Below are positions 62,982 through 64,000 of a stretch of DNA of 64,000 nucleotides, piece by piece. Within the stretch, counting starts at the first letter, position 1; every line of letters starts with the position of its first letter. The notes beneath the pieces were generated by a model, which ran no database searches, was not told where the DNA came from, and saw only the letters and a program-made list of their open reading frames with translations. This DNA is from Lama guanicoe (lineage: Eukaryota): assembly GCA_013239625.1 (NCBI GenBank), contig MU053934.1, positions 2,039,031 to 2,103,030 of the forward strand, in the 5' to 3' direction. Made by a program: the position numbers and the translations under genes.

Positions 62982-64000
62982 ATCTGTAAACTGAGAATAA
63001 TAATCGTATCTCCCCCTGGGGTTCTTTTGAGCGTTACATAATGCATGCAAAGCCCTTAGCATGACACCTGGCCCACAGACACACTCAATAAATGGTAACT
63101 TAGACCTTTTTACTACTATTATTACTTCTGTTATCCTCATTAATATGATTAGTATATGTGCCCAAAGCACATAGGAAGATGTAACTCCTGCCCCAGGGAG
63201 ATGGGGCAAGCTTCACCGAGAATGTTATGTTTGATCTTGGGTCTTTTAAAATGAGGAGGAGTTTCCCAGGCTATGGCTTCTGATAAAAAATGAGTACATT
63301 CTTGAGTGCCTGCAAGGGCTTAGGAAGAGTTCAGCACTGCTCTCCAGGAGATAAGGTGGTAATAGCACTGGGCTTGGAGTTGGAGCACAGGACTCAAGCC
63401 AGTGGACTTCAAACTGAGACTTAAGGAGAAATAAGTGGGTGCTGGAGCACCTAGCCACAGGGCCATTGTGGGCCCACAGGAGATAACAGATCCCATGAAA
63501 GGTCTGTTTAAATACCAGTTATTGTTAACCCTGTACTCTGGTTACTGACAGCCATCAGACAAGCTCGTGGTGTAAATCTCTGCATTTATAAGCTCGTTGA
63601 GAACATGAGCACTCTCTTAATCCTTTCCTTGATTTCTGTGTCCCTGGCCCCAAGTGCAGAGCTTGACACAAAATATATGGTTATTCCAACAGCCCTGAAA
63701 GTATTCAGAAACACAGCCTTGCTCTCACATTCCCCCTGGAAGAACAGATAAAGACCCAGAGCAGAGCAGAAGATCTTGGAAAGGCTGTCTTAACCATGCA
63801 CTCTTCTAAATAAAGACTGAGTGCTCAGGGCCTGAGTCCTTCCCCCAAATTTATCATCTCTTTAATCAGAGAAGAGTAGATATAAATAGAAGACAGCATT
63901 TTCTACTCCAAAGCTTTCTTTTCCCAAAAAAGAAAGGCGGAGAATACTCTTGATAATTCATCAGCTGGATGAAGGGGCAGCCACTCCTGCCACGTGGCGG

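Noticed and set aside
1..64000. CRISPR arrays, operons or other prokaryotic systems
   Set aside because: The sequence is mammalian intron and promoter DNA, with no regularly spaced repeat-spacer structure.

Overview
Mammalian genomic DNA, most likely from a camelid: there are four tRNA-Ala-derived Vic-1-type SINEs and no Alu, Bov, PRE or Can SINEs. The window holds the 5' end of the splicing regulator gene RBFOX2 on the minus strand. It includes a CpG-island promoter (~58350-59520), coding exon 1 (ATG 58803 to donor after 58621; 61 codons, MAEGAQP...DGGGMQ, phase 0) and about 58.6 kb of intron 1. The next known coding exon (NEPLTPGYHG...) was not found and probably lies left of the window. 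The rest is intron or upstream sequence rich in old repeats (L1, L2, MIR, hAT MER5/MER20/MER33/MER102, MLT1 LTRs). The other ORF-track entries look like chance or repeat-derived ORFs. I cannot establish a new biological system from sequence alone. The best leads are: (1) an internal RBFOX2 promoter and alternative first exon at ~1855-2093, with MEF2, GC-box, CCAAT, RFX and STAT motifs ahead of a 42-nt phase-0 ORF MSSDSMDQPRNPCE; (2) a candidate frame-preserving 9-nt microexon (GKK) at 9026-9034; (3) a 35-nt 3'-truncated U2 snRNA retrocopy at 29252-29286 lying antisense in the RBFOX2 pre-mRNA. Repeat subfamily names are from memory of consensus sequences and repeat boundaries are approximate.
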